NCBI GenBank assembly: GCA_030265395.1
Contig: JARFYF010000112.1
Coordinates: forward strand, 27,431,872-27,495,871
Origin: Rhina ancylostomus
Taxonomy: Eukaryota
Reading direction: 5' to 3'
Length of the DNA stretch: 64,000 nucleotides
The notes beneath the pieces are model-generated. The model saw only the letters and a program-made list of their open reading frames with translations. It did no database searches and was not told the DNA's origin. Below are positions 12,177 through 24,665 of this stretch, piece after piece. Both the position numbers and the translations under genes were made by a program. Every line of letters begins with the position of its first letter. Position 1 is the stretch's first letter.

Positions 12177-15164
12177 AGTATTAAAAAGTAAATCAAGGTA
12201 CTAATGAGTTTTTTTTCCAAAGAAGCCTAATATATGAAGTGTCCAAGTAATCTGAAGTGGCAAGTGGAGAGCACTGTGATTAGAAAAATGTTGTTTTCCT
12301 GTATCTGTTCAGAAGAGCAGATGGACAGGAAGATAGATAAAACTTGGAAACTCATCTTAGGTTGTTTGTGTTAAATATGTGATGAAATAACATATGTGGG
12401 TTGTATTCAAAATTCCAAAGTTGAAATCAACAGAACAGAATTTCAGAAGCAGTGTGTAATGTTACTATAACATTCACATGTGGCTGAGGATGAGTTTCTA
12501 CTCCCTCTGTTTGGAGAACCATCCAGGACCATGAATCACTGTACTTAATCCATCTGATCTTCTCGACTGCTTTCAATTAGTTAAGGGAGATGGAGAGGAA
12601 TTTTCCAGAAATCTTTTTTTCCCTTTTGGACTCTGGATTTTTCCATTTGTTTGCCTCTCCCAGAAGACTGAATTCCTGCAGAGGGTAGTTGTCTGACCAT
12701 CATGAGTTTGGAGCAGATTTACATGACCAACTGGTCTCTTCCTGGCCCTCATTTTTATGTGTTTGAATGAATTGCACATAAAACCCTGCCTTGTGAGTAT
12801 AGCAGTGGGTGAGTCCGGTCTACATTTCATTTGCTTTAGTCATTCCTCATTACATTCCATCTAATAGGAAACCCATCTTTCACTGAAGCACAACCTACTA
12901 AGTGTTGCCTTTGAAAGTTCATATTTTGGGCGGGTTGAGCAGCGAAAAAACATTGGGTGAAGTCATAAAGGACAAGTCTGTGTATAACTCATTTTTTTCT
13001 TATAATGAGAAATGCTTACTGAGCCGCAGTACAAAAACAAAAGGCATGTTATGGCCATTTTGGAGAAATATGATTTCACGTTATGGTATTTTGGCTTGGG
13101 ATAATAGAAGAGTTAAGTTGTGCAACTAACAGGGCCCCTTCTACTTCAACTGTACTTATAATGGGATGGAAAAAAAAGCCAGGATAGTGTGATTTTATGC
13201 AACATTTATTATAATAATTGCTTTTAATTTCCCCCTTCCATTTATTCCTACAGGTGGTTCTGGAATGAGATAATTCTGCCTTATACAGAGAGCTGCTGTT
13301 AAAATCCATGAATAGAAGACTTGTCTTTAAGAAAAATGAAAAGAGTGTGTACAGGCCCCACACTGGCCATGCTCATGTACAGGCTTAGGCTGTGTCTAGG
13401 CAACCCTGCCCTAAATATCAGCATTTCATTCTTACAATACATCAGATTAGTCATCTAAACTGTGCTTTTACCTTTCTGTAAAGCTCAGTAGGTTCAGAGC
13501 CTTCTCTTATCACTGGCAGACTAATGTTATTACCAGGCTTTCCATGTGCAAGATAAAACAAAATTAATACTTTTTCTCCCAAGGCTTGTCCCATGTCACC
13601 TAGCAACAGACTGGAAAACTGGTTAGAATTCCATTCTTGTTTGCAGCTTTTAGTTCTGCTCAGTAAATTACACTTAATGTTAGCTGCCTGTATCCTAGTC
13701 ATTGAAATGCTTTACAAACAGCTCCCTGTGATGCCACCGCTGACTGTGGACTGTTGGGCCTTGGCAACAGCCAGAGAAACTACTTCATAGACAAAGATTT
13801 CCACTGCAGACCACATGATGTCTAGCCAAAAGAATTTCTATACAATGACATGCAAAAGAGAGGGAAGTGTTCTACTTTATTGTCTCCCACTGTGCCACCA
13901 ATCAATTTTTACATTAAAAACACATCATATTGTTGATGACAGACAGGACTAGGTCATGTGAGCTGCACACAGAAGTGCTAGGTTGAATGGCATAGCGTTG
14001 CTTTATTCTTTGCCTCCTGCATGTAAATAATAGAAGAGACTGCTATAGATCAGTTTAAATGGGAAGCTACATTCCAGCCAGCTAGTGAGTTGAAGGCAAA
14101 CATTAAAAACAAACTTCTGTATGTCTGAACAAGCAATCATCTTACAATACTACAGCTATGGGCACTTTAAATTTTATAATTACCAACACATGATGGATTA
14201 TGATTTTATTTCACAAGCTTCCAATAATTGTAAAGAAAATATATCTTTTCTACCTCTTGGTTATAATGAAACTTAACCAACGTATCCAAAATTTTATTTT
14301 ATATTTTGGGGTGTCCAATGTCAGTCTTAGTTATATAAATATCTGGTTGATTAAATCATTATGAAAGGAAAAATCAATATTTCAGTTCAGCAATATCAGG
14401 GCAAACAATTCTGTTTGTTTCAATATTCGATTTTGATTGCCAGTGCCCTCTGTAACAATAAAACTAAAAGCTTTCTGCACATACAGACCATGTTAGTTTA
14501 ACCTTGCTGACTCTGTATAGATATTTCCCCTCTCAGTGTTTGAAATTCCACAATTTAATGTTTGCTTCATGCGTAGATCTCGAAACAGACGAAGCCCATT
14601 ATTTTAAAAGTTCCCACTGTGCCCGTGAATAGGCCATTCAGTTCCATCTATTACACTGCTTACTTTATCTGTGCAAATTCATTTATTTAAAAACGTATTC
14701 ACAACCAGCTAAAAAACACCGAGACCAAGTTATACAACAGAAATTATAAAGTGAGAGACAACGTTATCATTCATGTCTTTTTTAAAAATAATTATTAACC
14801 CCAAAGAAACAGGAGTCCTATTTCAAAGGAACACAATAAATAAAAGGAGCTGATAAACTAAAATAATAACATTATTACATTTGTGGACTAGGCTTTTCCA
14901 TTCCTATGATACCCATCGACCTTGGAAGGACTAAAGTGGCAGATGCTGTGTGCTCCTTCTCCAGCGTTTTCCAGCTGCCAACCAGGCCATGGAATAGAGG
15001 CCATGGCATGAACAATAGCCACATTGTCTAGCTACAGGAACAGACCCATTGGAGTCCCTAACCTTCACACCTCACAAGTGTCAAGAGCATTCAAGGACTA
15101 GCACTAGAAAACATGGTCCCACCCTGCCAAACATGCCCCAAAACAACACTGGTCATTTCCTTAC

Positions 15165-16988
15165 CTTTTACACTGTTCATGGAAAGTGAGCGATCCCTGT
15201 CCATCACACTGGCACCAGGTTTGCCACTGTTGTCTTTCTGGCGGGCCACTGCCACTGCAATCCCCACAGGTGGATGCCTCACTTCCACCTCACCCTGCGC
15301 TCCACTGCCCTCTCTCCCGAATGACTTTGCGCTCTCAGGCCTTTCTGGGTCTCTCTTGAGTTGTTTGTTCAGCTGCTGAAGCGGCAGGTGCTGTACCTTG
15401 GAAATGCTGTGCTGGCTGGAATCGGCCTTCATGTTCCCTAGCCCACCAAATGGGCTCTTCTTGCCGCTCCCAACCCGCCCTGCTGTCTCCTTAGCAAAGC
15501 TACCACTGTACTTTATTAAGCTTTGCATGGCTGAAACCTCACTGGGATTTCCCACTACAGCAGACCTTTGAAGGCTGGCTGGGTCCAGGAAAGCCTTCTT
15601 TTGTTCCTCCTCAGCTCGACTCACATGGTTATGCTGGGCTGCCAAGGCTGCCATTTGAGTGGTCGCGTAGGTTGCCATTTCAAATGGCTTCCACTTTGGC
15701 TCTGGAGTGCCAGAGCGCTTCAGCTGAGATTGCTCCAGGTGCAGCCTCGTAACATCTACCCCATTATAAACTTTACAAGAGTCCTTCAAAACAGACCTTT
15801 GGAATCTATCCCTCTCTTGGGTTCTGTGATCGACTTCAAAACCTGATCTCACTAAGTCTTTTGATGCAGCATTACTTGTGTGCAAGTCTCGACTCTCTGA
15901 AGGACTAAGGCCTGGCTTGTTCAAAAACAGTTCTGAAGTCATGGGCCTCTTTATTGCTAAAGAGTTGGACCTAATGACTGATCCTTCCTCCCTCATGTTT
16001 TCTGCCCTTTTGATATCTGCATGCACAGGCAAGTCTTGTGCAAGCATTAACCGGGAAGATTCCACCAGCGTCCTTTCAGAAGAGGCTTGCAAAGTGCCTG
16101 CTCTGTCCCCAGAAGTTCTATTGATGTCTTTCTCTTTATTTTTGTCACTTTTGTTGTCTCTGGCCTGAGAAGCTATCTGAATGGGCCCATTTCTGTCCTC
16201 ATAAAATCCAACTGAAGGCACAAAGGTAGGTGCAATCACTTTATGTTCCTTTCCCGGCTCCCTGGCAGTGGGGTATATCGTGTAGATACTGGAATGAACA
16301 GGAAGAGGGGGGAATGTGCTGGAAGGTGGCATCCGGGCTGTTTGAGAAGAATGGGGTGATGGACAGCCACAGGAGACATGCAAAGTGCCAACCGAAGTCA
16401 CGACTGAGTCACACTTCCGGGTCTTTTCCGTGTGAGCATGCAGCAGAGGCCTCATGTTCTCATCATGTTTCATGGAGTCTTTGGAGCATCTGTCCTGTTC
16501 ACTGCCCACAAGCCTTAATGAAGAACTGGAATCACTGTTACAATTACTGAGAGATAAGGTCTGTAGGGGGTTTTTAGACTTTGGTTCTCCATTGCCAGTC
16601 CCTCGGTTGGGAGAGTGATTGTTAAGAACTGTGGAGAGATGGTCACCAATCTTGATGGGTTTATCAAGAAGGTGCATCCTCCTGTCGTTTTCATTCCGAA
16701 CGTCTTGTGTGAGGTCCACCACACTCCTAGGCCTGGACTCTTCCCTGGGCTTATCCTTCTCTTTTTTGGCCACATTCACATTTACCTCAGTCCTGTAGAT
16801 TTTCTCTTTAGAGTCTTTGCTGAGATACCTCTCAGACTCTTTTGCACTTTTGTGAGGGTGACATATTTCTTTCTCTCGTAGAACAGAACCTGGCGTGTGA
16901 CTGGATGAGGTCCTTGGGATGGTAGTTGGAGGGTTTGCTGTGCCATGAAGGGATGATTGTCCTGCATGGCTGGGGAAATAGTATCCAT
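15165..16988 (-). CDS. TNRC18: TNRC18 large internal coding exon (1824 nt, phase 1-1)
   Basis: Open frame from (D)GYYFPSHAGQ, in frame with the 562-aa ORF, to SLSMNSVK(G). Contains TNRC18 motifs VVDLTQ, HKVIAPTFVPSV, GPIQIASQARD, KWKPFEM, SAMQSLIKYSGSFA, KKSPFGGLG, QLKRDPERPESAK, EVRHPPVGIAVAVARQKD. Acceptor ttattacag|AT; donor AAAG|gtaag. Confidence 0.96.
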
Positions 16989-17249
16989 CTGTAATAAGAG
17001 AGGAATAAATACACAGAGGTTAATCTAACTGAAATGGCAACAGTTCAGTTGCTACACATGGAATTGAACTGGAGGATGGTGGAAGTGCTCGATAGGTTGG
17101 ACCGCACCTGTGGAAAGAGGACTGGAGTCCTTCAGGTCGACGGCTTTTCATTAATAGACTTCTGAAAAATAGCAGTGACCTGAAACATAACTCAGGTTCT
17201 CTCTCCACTGATTCTGACAACAACACTTCTGGTCCCATTGGAGAGATTT

Positions 17250-17474
17250 AAAATTAAATTAAAATTTAAATTTTATTAACAGTGTGGTAACAGGCCCTTC
17301 CGGCCCAACGAGTCCACGCTGCCCATTTTAAACCCGAAATTAACCTACCCATGCGTCTTTGGAATGTGGGAGGAAACTGGAGCACCTGGAGGAAACCCAT
17401 GTAGACACGGGAGAACGTAATCGAACCCCGATCGCTGGCGCTGTAATAGCATCGCGCTAACTGCTACGCTACCA
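17250..17474 (-). mobile_element. tRNA-derived V-SINE with CR1-like tail and an internal deletion
   Basis: Reverse strand reads ggtagcgtagcagttagcgcg...ggggttcgatt, then V-core cctccaggtgctccagtttcctcccacattccaaagac and tail gggccggaagggcctgttaccac with an A/T-rich end. Confidence 0.85.
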
Positions 17475-17479
17475 TAATG

Positions 17480-17875
17480 GTTCTGATAATGAGGGCTTTT
17501 GGCCACAAGGATAAACTGAAGAAGTCAGGGGGTATCTCCTTATATCAAAGGAAGTTCACAGGACACTTGACAGGACACATGTCAGTAGGCCTACAAGATC
17601 CTGACTAGTTTAGATAGGGTAAATGGAGGAAAGCTATCCTCATCAGTAGATTCAAGGAGCAGGGGCAAAAATTTCAAACTTTGGGCAAAGGACGGGGATG
17701 TGGGGGAAACAGTTTTATTCAGAGAGTAGCAATGATCTGGAATTCACTGCCTATAAGAGGGAATTGGACAGGTGCTTGAGGGAAATTAATTTAGAAAGTT
17801 AGAGTAAATGAAAGGGGAAATGACACTGACTGACATAGACCTGATGGGCTAGAGGACCTTCCTTCTATGACCCTA
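17480..17875 (+). mobile_element. CR1 LINE 3' fragment
   Basis: gatagggtaaatggaggaaagct...aacagttttattcagagagtagcaatgatctggaattcactgcct...gacctgatgggctagaggacctt. Confidence 0.65.
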
Positions 17876-19624
17876 CACAGTATCTTTATAGCGGTGAAAT
17901 ATCCACAGCTGTTTCACAAAAGTAATGAGCAAATGAGAATAAAGAGAATACATTGTGTCCATAGAGTTGGCTGTCTTGTTGAATAAGAACCTAAATGTTA
18001 GTCTGACTTATTGACTTCCTCCAGTCTCTGCAAAACCAGTCTGGGTCTATTAGATTGAGAGTCCCTTCCACCTTAGGAATCTATTAGTCGGACTGATTCA
18101 TCTCAGAGCCTGCTGAGTACCACCAGCGTACTTGCTTCCCCATGTGCTGACCCTTGGCTGAACATTAGTGAGTCTCAACCCACAAACTGCGTGTGGTATC
18201 AACCCTGAAGGACACACACAAACCTGCTATATGTTTATCAGTGTTATTTTTAAACAAAAGGTTTCAATTTTAAAGATGAATGAGTTCCTGCAAGAGCAAG
18301 TAGATTAAAAATTTGGTTCAAAATGATTTGAAATCATTAAGAATCAGACTACCACACCTAAAAACATTTTAAACCATTGGTTATTTGGCATCAATAGATT
18401 GTATTAATTGTGAAGAATGATATTCATATTCAGCTGGGCTGTTCAGTATATTGACGCATTCCTTCTCTACAAAAAATTTGGACCCAGTTATCAAGGCATA
18501 GCATTGATTAATGACCACGGTTGAAGTTCACAGCCCAGATAATCCCACCCTCCTTGCTGAGGGACATACAAAATACAGGAGGCAGTTACAAACTCCAGCC
18601 ATTAAAACCAGCTCCTGAGTTTGAATGTAATGGAACACAGACAATTGGATTTCCATCTTTCTCCTTGTCGGATTTACTGGGAAGGCTCACACTTAGTACA
18701 TGCCTGTATCCTGGGATGTGTGTAACAAATGATTAATCAAGGATAACTCATGTCTTTAAGCTGCCTGACCAACACTAAGTCAGTGATGGATGTGATGCAT
18801 TTGCTTTCATACCAGCAGTTAGGCTTCCAATAAATCTCCTGCCAAATTGGAGTCTTCAGAAAGAGAAGTACAGTCAATTCTGGGAAAAATCAAACCTGAT
18901 GGAAATGCATAGATCCGCGGAGTGAGTTCCCAATCACTCTTAATAAGGTTTGCAGAAATAGTGATCCAAGTATAAAGGGTAGAAATTGGTGGGCATTGTG
19001 CTTGTTTATTGGGAATAATATGGATCACAGGTCAACCAATTCAATGGTCAGACATTCAGCAGCCATTCTGCACAGGTTCAGGTTGCATGGGGGTCCCTTT
19101 GTTTAGGCATTTGGGCGACACCTATACTGGGTTGTATGAAAATGTAAATTAGGGGCTCAACACCTATTAAGTAACACATTTCTACAATTAATGAGAAATT
19201 CCACACTCTGGATTCTTCAGACACTAACAAAAAGTATTTTTTTATTTGAAAATTGTGGGGTTTTTTTTGAAAATCGAAGAAAGAAGAAATGTTTCCATGA
19301 TCCAATTCCACCCCTGGGACTACCCAGGCCCCTCCCCNNNNNNNNNNAGCAGGCAACCACAGTTTGTTGGCCTAATTTAGTTGGGAGTCTAAGGCCCAAT
19401 ATTAGTTAGGCCTCAGGCCTACCTGTTCCAATGCAGTCATTGTTTTCATGATCCCAGTTCATGCCTGCAAGCCTGTGCTGTGCAATTCCCTACTTCATAA
19501 GGCTCACATTCTAATGAAGCAAAAATACCATTTAGATCCAATTATCTGCTGCTTCAGTATGTGTGGTGTATAAATAACATGGTTTTCAGCCTGTCATCTA
19601 AGGAGACCTACACAACCTACTCTA

Positions 19625-19790
19625 ATTTTGAATGAAAACAGAAAGTGCTGGAAATCTACATGTCTATGGGAGAGACAATTTAATCTCAAGGGTGCCAGCG
19701 AAATGTTAACCAATCATTCTCATTCTCTTGCTGACACATGTGCCTTGTCTTCAGCATTTAACATGTTGATTTTTTTTCCACCTTCTGCAG
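19625..19790. mobile_element. Very decayed Penelope-type terminal repeat
   Basis: tgaaaacagaaagtgctggaaat...ttcagcattt resembles the arms of the 8322 element. Confidence 0.4.
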
Positions 19791-21451
19791 AGAAATATTC
19801 AAAATGGATGTTTTGATTCAGCAAAATGGGGGAGAATTGTGAATGTCAACTAAGATCAAAGGTATTAGCTATGACACCTTTTTAATTTGAAAATAATAAA
19901 AAGGGAAAGAGAAAATTTTAAGGCAAACCCATCAGTAGATGGTATCATCCAGCAGATATTCACTACATTCATTGGATCACTTTTTATGAAGTTGGGTTTA
20001 TGAAATATTCTGAAGTAGAATACCTTAATATCTTGGCATGTGCTCCCAATGAGAAACAAAAATGACTAAACAGCACAAGTACACATGGCCCTGTACACAT
20101 ATCATTTGGTAAAGATATCCACATTATCGTGACTCTCAACAGAATGAAAGTACCTTCAGTAAGGTGCCATTGCTACCTGTGGAGGTAAATCACAACTGAC
20201 CCACCTTAAACAGGTTTCATTATGAAAGCATTCCAAAAAGTTTTAAAAATAACAAGCAGAACAAGTAAAAACTTTGCAGAGCTTGATTAGCTTTAAATTT
20301 GTACCCGAAGTATATAACAAACATCATACAGAATCAAAAGAGGCCATTAGATCTCCTTCTTTAAGTAGACATAGCAAAATCTGCACTAATGAAATCACTT
20401 CTCCAACTTATTTAATTTCCTGTGGAGATCCGGCTGATCATAGGATTGGCTTCCAAGATGTTGATGCTCTGCTAAATTTCATTGTGACTTCTATTCCCCA
20501 AAGTCATTCAGTAGGATCCCATGACATTTACATTACAATCCATATTAATTGACCCTTACCAATTACATTCCCAATCATCCCAAAGGACTGGAGCAACAAT
20601 GTCCCAAGTGATCTACTTAATTATTTTCATACAGACCTAATGTGAACCTGTGTTCCCCAATTCAATTCAAAACCATTTATATATTAAAATCCTCTGCAAA
20701 TGAATTAAGTTAATAGTGTTAAAAGAACAAGTACATGGGTTCATAGGTATATAAAAGAGCAGTGTAACCCATGTACGTTGTTCTTTTANNNNNNNNNNNN
20801 NNNNNNNNNNNNNNNNNNNNNNNNNNNNNNNNNNNNNNNNNNNNNNNNNNNNNNNNNNNNNNNNNNNNNNNNNNNNNNNNNNNNNNNNTTCTTTTATATA
20901 CGTGGGAATCCTTGCAGGCAATATCTTTATCCATACATAAAACTTGCTTAAAATTTTATTCAAGTACTTATGATTAAGTAATCTGCTTGCAACAACATAC
21001 TCCATTATTTGCAGCATTTCAAACTTAGACTATATCCTATTCCAATCTTTCTGTATTCAATAAAAGCAAAGTAAGAAATATTAATGCAAAATTATAAATT
21101 ATTCATCTCATTAACTTCCTCACTTTGCTACATGAACCAAGGCTTCTTAGACACAAAGTCAGTTCCATAATGTAAAATTCGTAAACTAGAATTATTGTGT
21201 TGGGCTTATGAGCTAAGAATGGAAATAGATATTTCTTAAAACACTAATTAAAAATGTAACCAGAAGTGAATACCAACAACAACATTAAGTGAGAGGCCTG
21301 GGTCCATTATTCTGCCATTGCAGAGCAATTCATAAACTAAACACTATCTGTTCAAAGTACCAATGGATTAGCTCCCCAATATTAGATTAGCTGATGTACA
21401 AAAGAGACAAACAATGAAATGAGGATATATCAGCAGATAGTAGGCACTGAC

Positions 21452-21577
21452 CTTTCTGAGAGTCGAACAGGCTGTGTTGGCTGAGCTGGGCTAGAATGGG
21501 GCTGCCAGTGCTTGGGTGCTCAAGGTGACTGATGGGAATATAAGGAGGATAAAGGCTACTTGGCAAGTGTGAATAAC
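21452..21577 (-). CDS. TNRC18: TNRC18 coding exon (126 nt, phase 1-1)
   Basis: (G)YSHLPSSLYPPYIPISHLEHPSTGSPILAQLSQHSLFDSQK matches recalled human GFSHLPSGLYPSYLHLNHLEPPSSGSPLLSQLGQPSIFDTQK. Acceptor tttgcag|GT; donor AAAG|gtcagt. Confidence 0.94.
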
Positions 21578-21739
21578 CTGCAAAAGTAAAGAAAAAAATA
21601 TTACTCATGCATAACATGACATGTATCATTCAAGTTTAACATTAATACATTTCAGTTTCATGTTATGCAAAGAACATAGTTTATTTTAAGAACAAGATTG
21701 GATTCCTACTTTAAGTTCTGATGCTTTACAAGCTAAGGA

Positions 21740-22260
21740 AAGAAGTTGTATGTAACTGTGCCTTTCACATCTTCAGAACACTTTAAAGTGTTTAACACCT
21801 AATGGAATACTACTGAAGTGCAGTTACTGATGCAATGTAGAAAATACGCCAAGCAACTTACAAAGAACTTCCATGAACAGCAATGTGATAATAGCGAGAG
21901 AAACTGTTATTAATGAATTTGTGCAGGGGGACAACCAGGATATTGGTCCTGGGGTGGTAGATCCAGTAGTAGCAGTAATTTATCTGTGTTGTTTGTGCCA
22001 AAGGTGTGATGCTGAATTCTGCTACTGAAATTTGGTTCTATTCCAGTCAATAAAACTGAATGTTCATCAATGTCACAGTACATGTCTACTGCATACAACA
22101 GAACAAAGTTCTACACTGAATCCCCTACATTCACCTGAGGGAGAAGATGGGCCTTAAGTTTAACAAATAATCCAAATGGCAGTACTTCCAGTAGTGCAGC
22201 ATTTTCTCAGACTGCACTGGAGTGACAGCTTGGATTTTATGCTCAAATTTCAGAAGTAGA
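21740..22260 (-). mobile_element. Deu-domain SINE, decayed and interrupted
   Basis: gcctttcacatcttcagaacactttaaagtgttt...tgaagtgcagttactgatgcaatgtag...cagcaatgtgataat; head region attcacctgag...gtagtgcagcattttctcagactgcactggagtgacagc. Confidence 0.6.
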
Positions 22261-23019
22261 ACAGTTGGGGAGATTTACAATTAACAAAATGCACTTGAGC
22301 ACCAGCAGTTGAACTTGTAACAAAACAAAAACTTCAGTTAAGAATGGCATAGATTAAACTCCAGGTGCAGTTAAAAAAAAAGTTCCAATTTTCTGGTTCA
22401 CTTCTTAAAACACGGAGATGGAAAATGACTGTTTCCCCGCCCTACTCCCCCCAAGGTAAAGTTAACTGCTGCAAATGCAAAATTTGGTAAGCTTTCTGAC
22501 AAAAACATTTCCCTCATACTTAACTCTTCAGTTTCTTCAACAATCTGTAATAATTTGTCTTGTCAAAGTTAAACTGGTAAAAGGAGATTTTTTGGTGGGG
22601 GATGGTGGCTGCGGCTTAGTGAGGAACAAGGTAGGTGTATCCACAAAGCAGGCAATTCACAGATTGCATTTTTCCCATGCACATGGTAATCACATTAACA
22701 TGAAGCTTTTCAGTAATACTAATTAGGCACTTTGTCAAACCTGCCAATAGAGTGATATCTGCAGTGGAGCCCAGATAATGGAAGCAGGGGTACATGAAGG
22801 CCAGAAGTTCAAAGGTTAGGTCTCAAGGCTTAAATAAGTATTTAGCAAGAGTCAGAGCAAATGTTTAACATCAGCCATTTCCAAAGTACACACGAGACTA
22901 ACAGGGGCTTTCTTTGATCTCAGTGGAATTACTTGCAAGGGTTTACAAGATCATCTTGTCAGTTCATTGAGGTGTACAAAATGCCTACACACAAGAAATG
23001 GAGCAAAATTTTTTTAAAA

Positions 23020-23330
23020 TTCATTTATCAAGATCCATGGTGAGACCACTGAAGACCTGGATTTACGACCATCCCTCATTCCCCTAAGGAGGCAGTGCTG
23101 GTAAGCCATCTCCTTAAGCCACTGCAGATCTACTGCTGATGGTTTTCCCACAGTGCTGTCGGGCTGAGCAATGAAGATAATATATTTCTGAGTCAGGGTT
23201 GATGAGTGATTGGAAAGAAATCCCTGGGTGCTGGTGTTCTAGTATGCTTTCCGCCAATGTCCTACTTGGGTTTGGGAAGTGCTGCCAGAGCAGCCTAGCT
23301 GAGAAACAGTAGTGCACCATCTTCATTTGT
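23020..23330 (-). mobile_element. CR1/L2-clade LINE 3' fragment
   Basis: Same family as 57470-57990 and the reverse complement of the 3' part of 58090-59520 (gggtttgggaagtgctg...gtagtgcaccatctt). Confidence 0.55.
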
Positions 23331-23789
23331 TCTTCTAAGATAAATTCAGTGACGGACTAACAGCACCAGCAAATCTTGCTCTGTTCATTAACATCTCCAC
23401 ACTAAATAAATCAACAGAGCTCTGCTCCCACATTTCCAGCTTCTGCCTCATTTTGGCTATACAATCCACCCAGTTCTTGGTGATATCCCAGGTCCTCTGA
23501 ACCAGATTCCCAGCACCTTCAGATATTTAGACTTGATAGTGAAGGGAACAAAGGATCAATCAGGCCAGCTCCCAAAAAACACCGCAAAAAAACATGGCTT
23601 TTGTTACGATTGACTCTGGGCCTTGAGGCTAGTTCAGACTGCTTATCATTCAACACACCAAAATACTGCTTATTTAAACTAGGCAGCTACATCCAACCAG
23701 CCTTGGTCAGGAAACTGCTGGGCCCTCATGGGTTCCAGTTCTAAGAATCAGGCTTTTAGAATCACTAGAACTTTGTAAAACAGGTTTCT

Positions 23790-24230
23790 GATGTAAAGAG
23801 TGCTCAATTCTGGATGTTACACTTTAAGAAAGACATCAAATCTATGGCAAGACTGCTGATATTTATGAGGATAATTCAAGGGATGATGGATGAGATAATT
23901 TGATATAAATCTTCTTAGAATGCAAAGGGCTATAGGTAAATTTAATTGATGTATCCAAAATTATGAACAGTACTGAAGGATTTAGTAAAATGAAAGCACT
24001 TTTGCAGGTGAGACAGCAATAGACGACAAAGATTGGAAAAAAAACAATGGAGATGAGAAATTCTTTTACATAATAAACTACTATGACTTGGAATACAATG
24101 CATAAGAGTGTGAAAGCAGATTTAAAAGAAAATTGTAGAAAGGAAAAAAAAGACGTAACCAAAGGGAAAAGGCCTGAGTGTGAGATTAAACTGGACAGCT
24201 CTTTCAAGGAAACTGCAATATGATTCCATG
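23790..24230 (+). mobile_element. CR1 LINE fragment, decayed
   Basis: caattctggatgttacactttaagaaagacat (QFW..HFKKD-like)...gagaaattctttt...tggacagctctttcaagga. Confidence 0.6.
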
Positions 24231-24534
24231 AGTGTTTTTTTTTAGCAACTTTGTCTGATGTGTGTTTCAAAAGTCCCCTGTGAGTTGAATATCTTGGCAT
24301 TTAATGAATAGCATAAATTAGGTGCATTAACTGATCCACAACTAAGTTAATAATTAACTCACAGACAAATAGGAATGGGGCAGGGGATATTCATCCAGGG
24401 ATCAACGCTGCCAAAGGATTTTCCATACATACCACACTTCATCATCTAAACTGGATTGTATATATAAGATTCTATTTGGAAAACCCTGTAGGAGCGCAGG
24501 GTTTTCCAGAACAAAACTGAAAAATTACCTAAAA

Positions 24535-24665
24535 CAAATCAAAAACCTGTAAGTGCTGGAAATGATGAAGGGTATTCAACCTGAAACATTAACTGTGTTT
24601 CTCCTTCCACACATGCTGCCTAACCTGCTGAGTTTTTCCAGCATTTTCTGTTTTTATTTTATATG
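24535..24665 (+). mobile_element. Penelope-type terminal repeat, internally deleted, with hammerhead-like core
   Basis: TGATGAAGGGTattcAACCTGAAACATTAACTG at 24563-24594, then ccacacatgctgcctaacctgctgagtttttccagcattttctgtttttatt as in 8500-8548. Confidence 0.75.

Noticed and set aside
15091-16779. 562-aa ORF as a standalone gene
   Set aside because: It is part of an internal TNRC18 exon. The real boundaries are splice sites at 16988 and 15165, and the GTG start and final 24 residues are artefacts.
15113-16881. Plus-strand ORFs overlapping the large exon
   Set aside because: Short antisense shadows of coding sequence with no recognisable homology.
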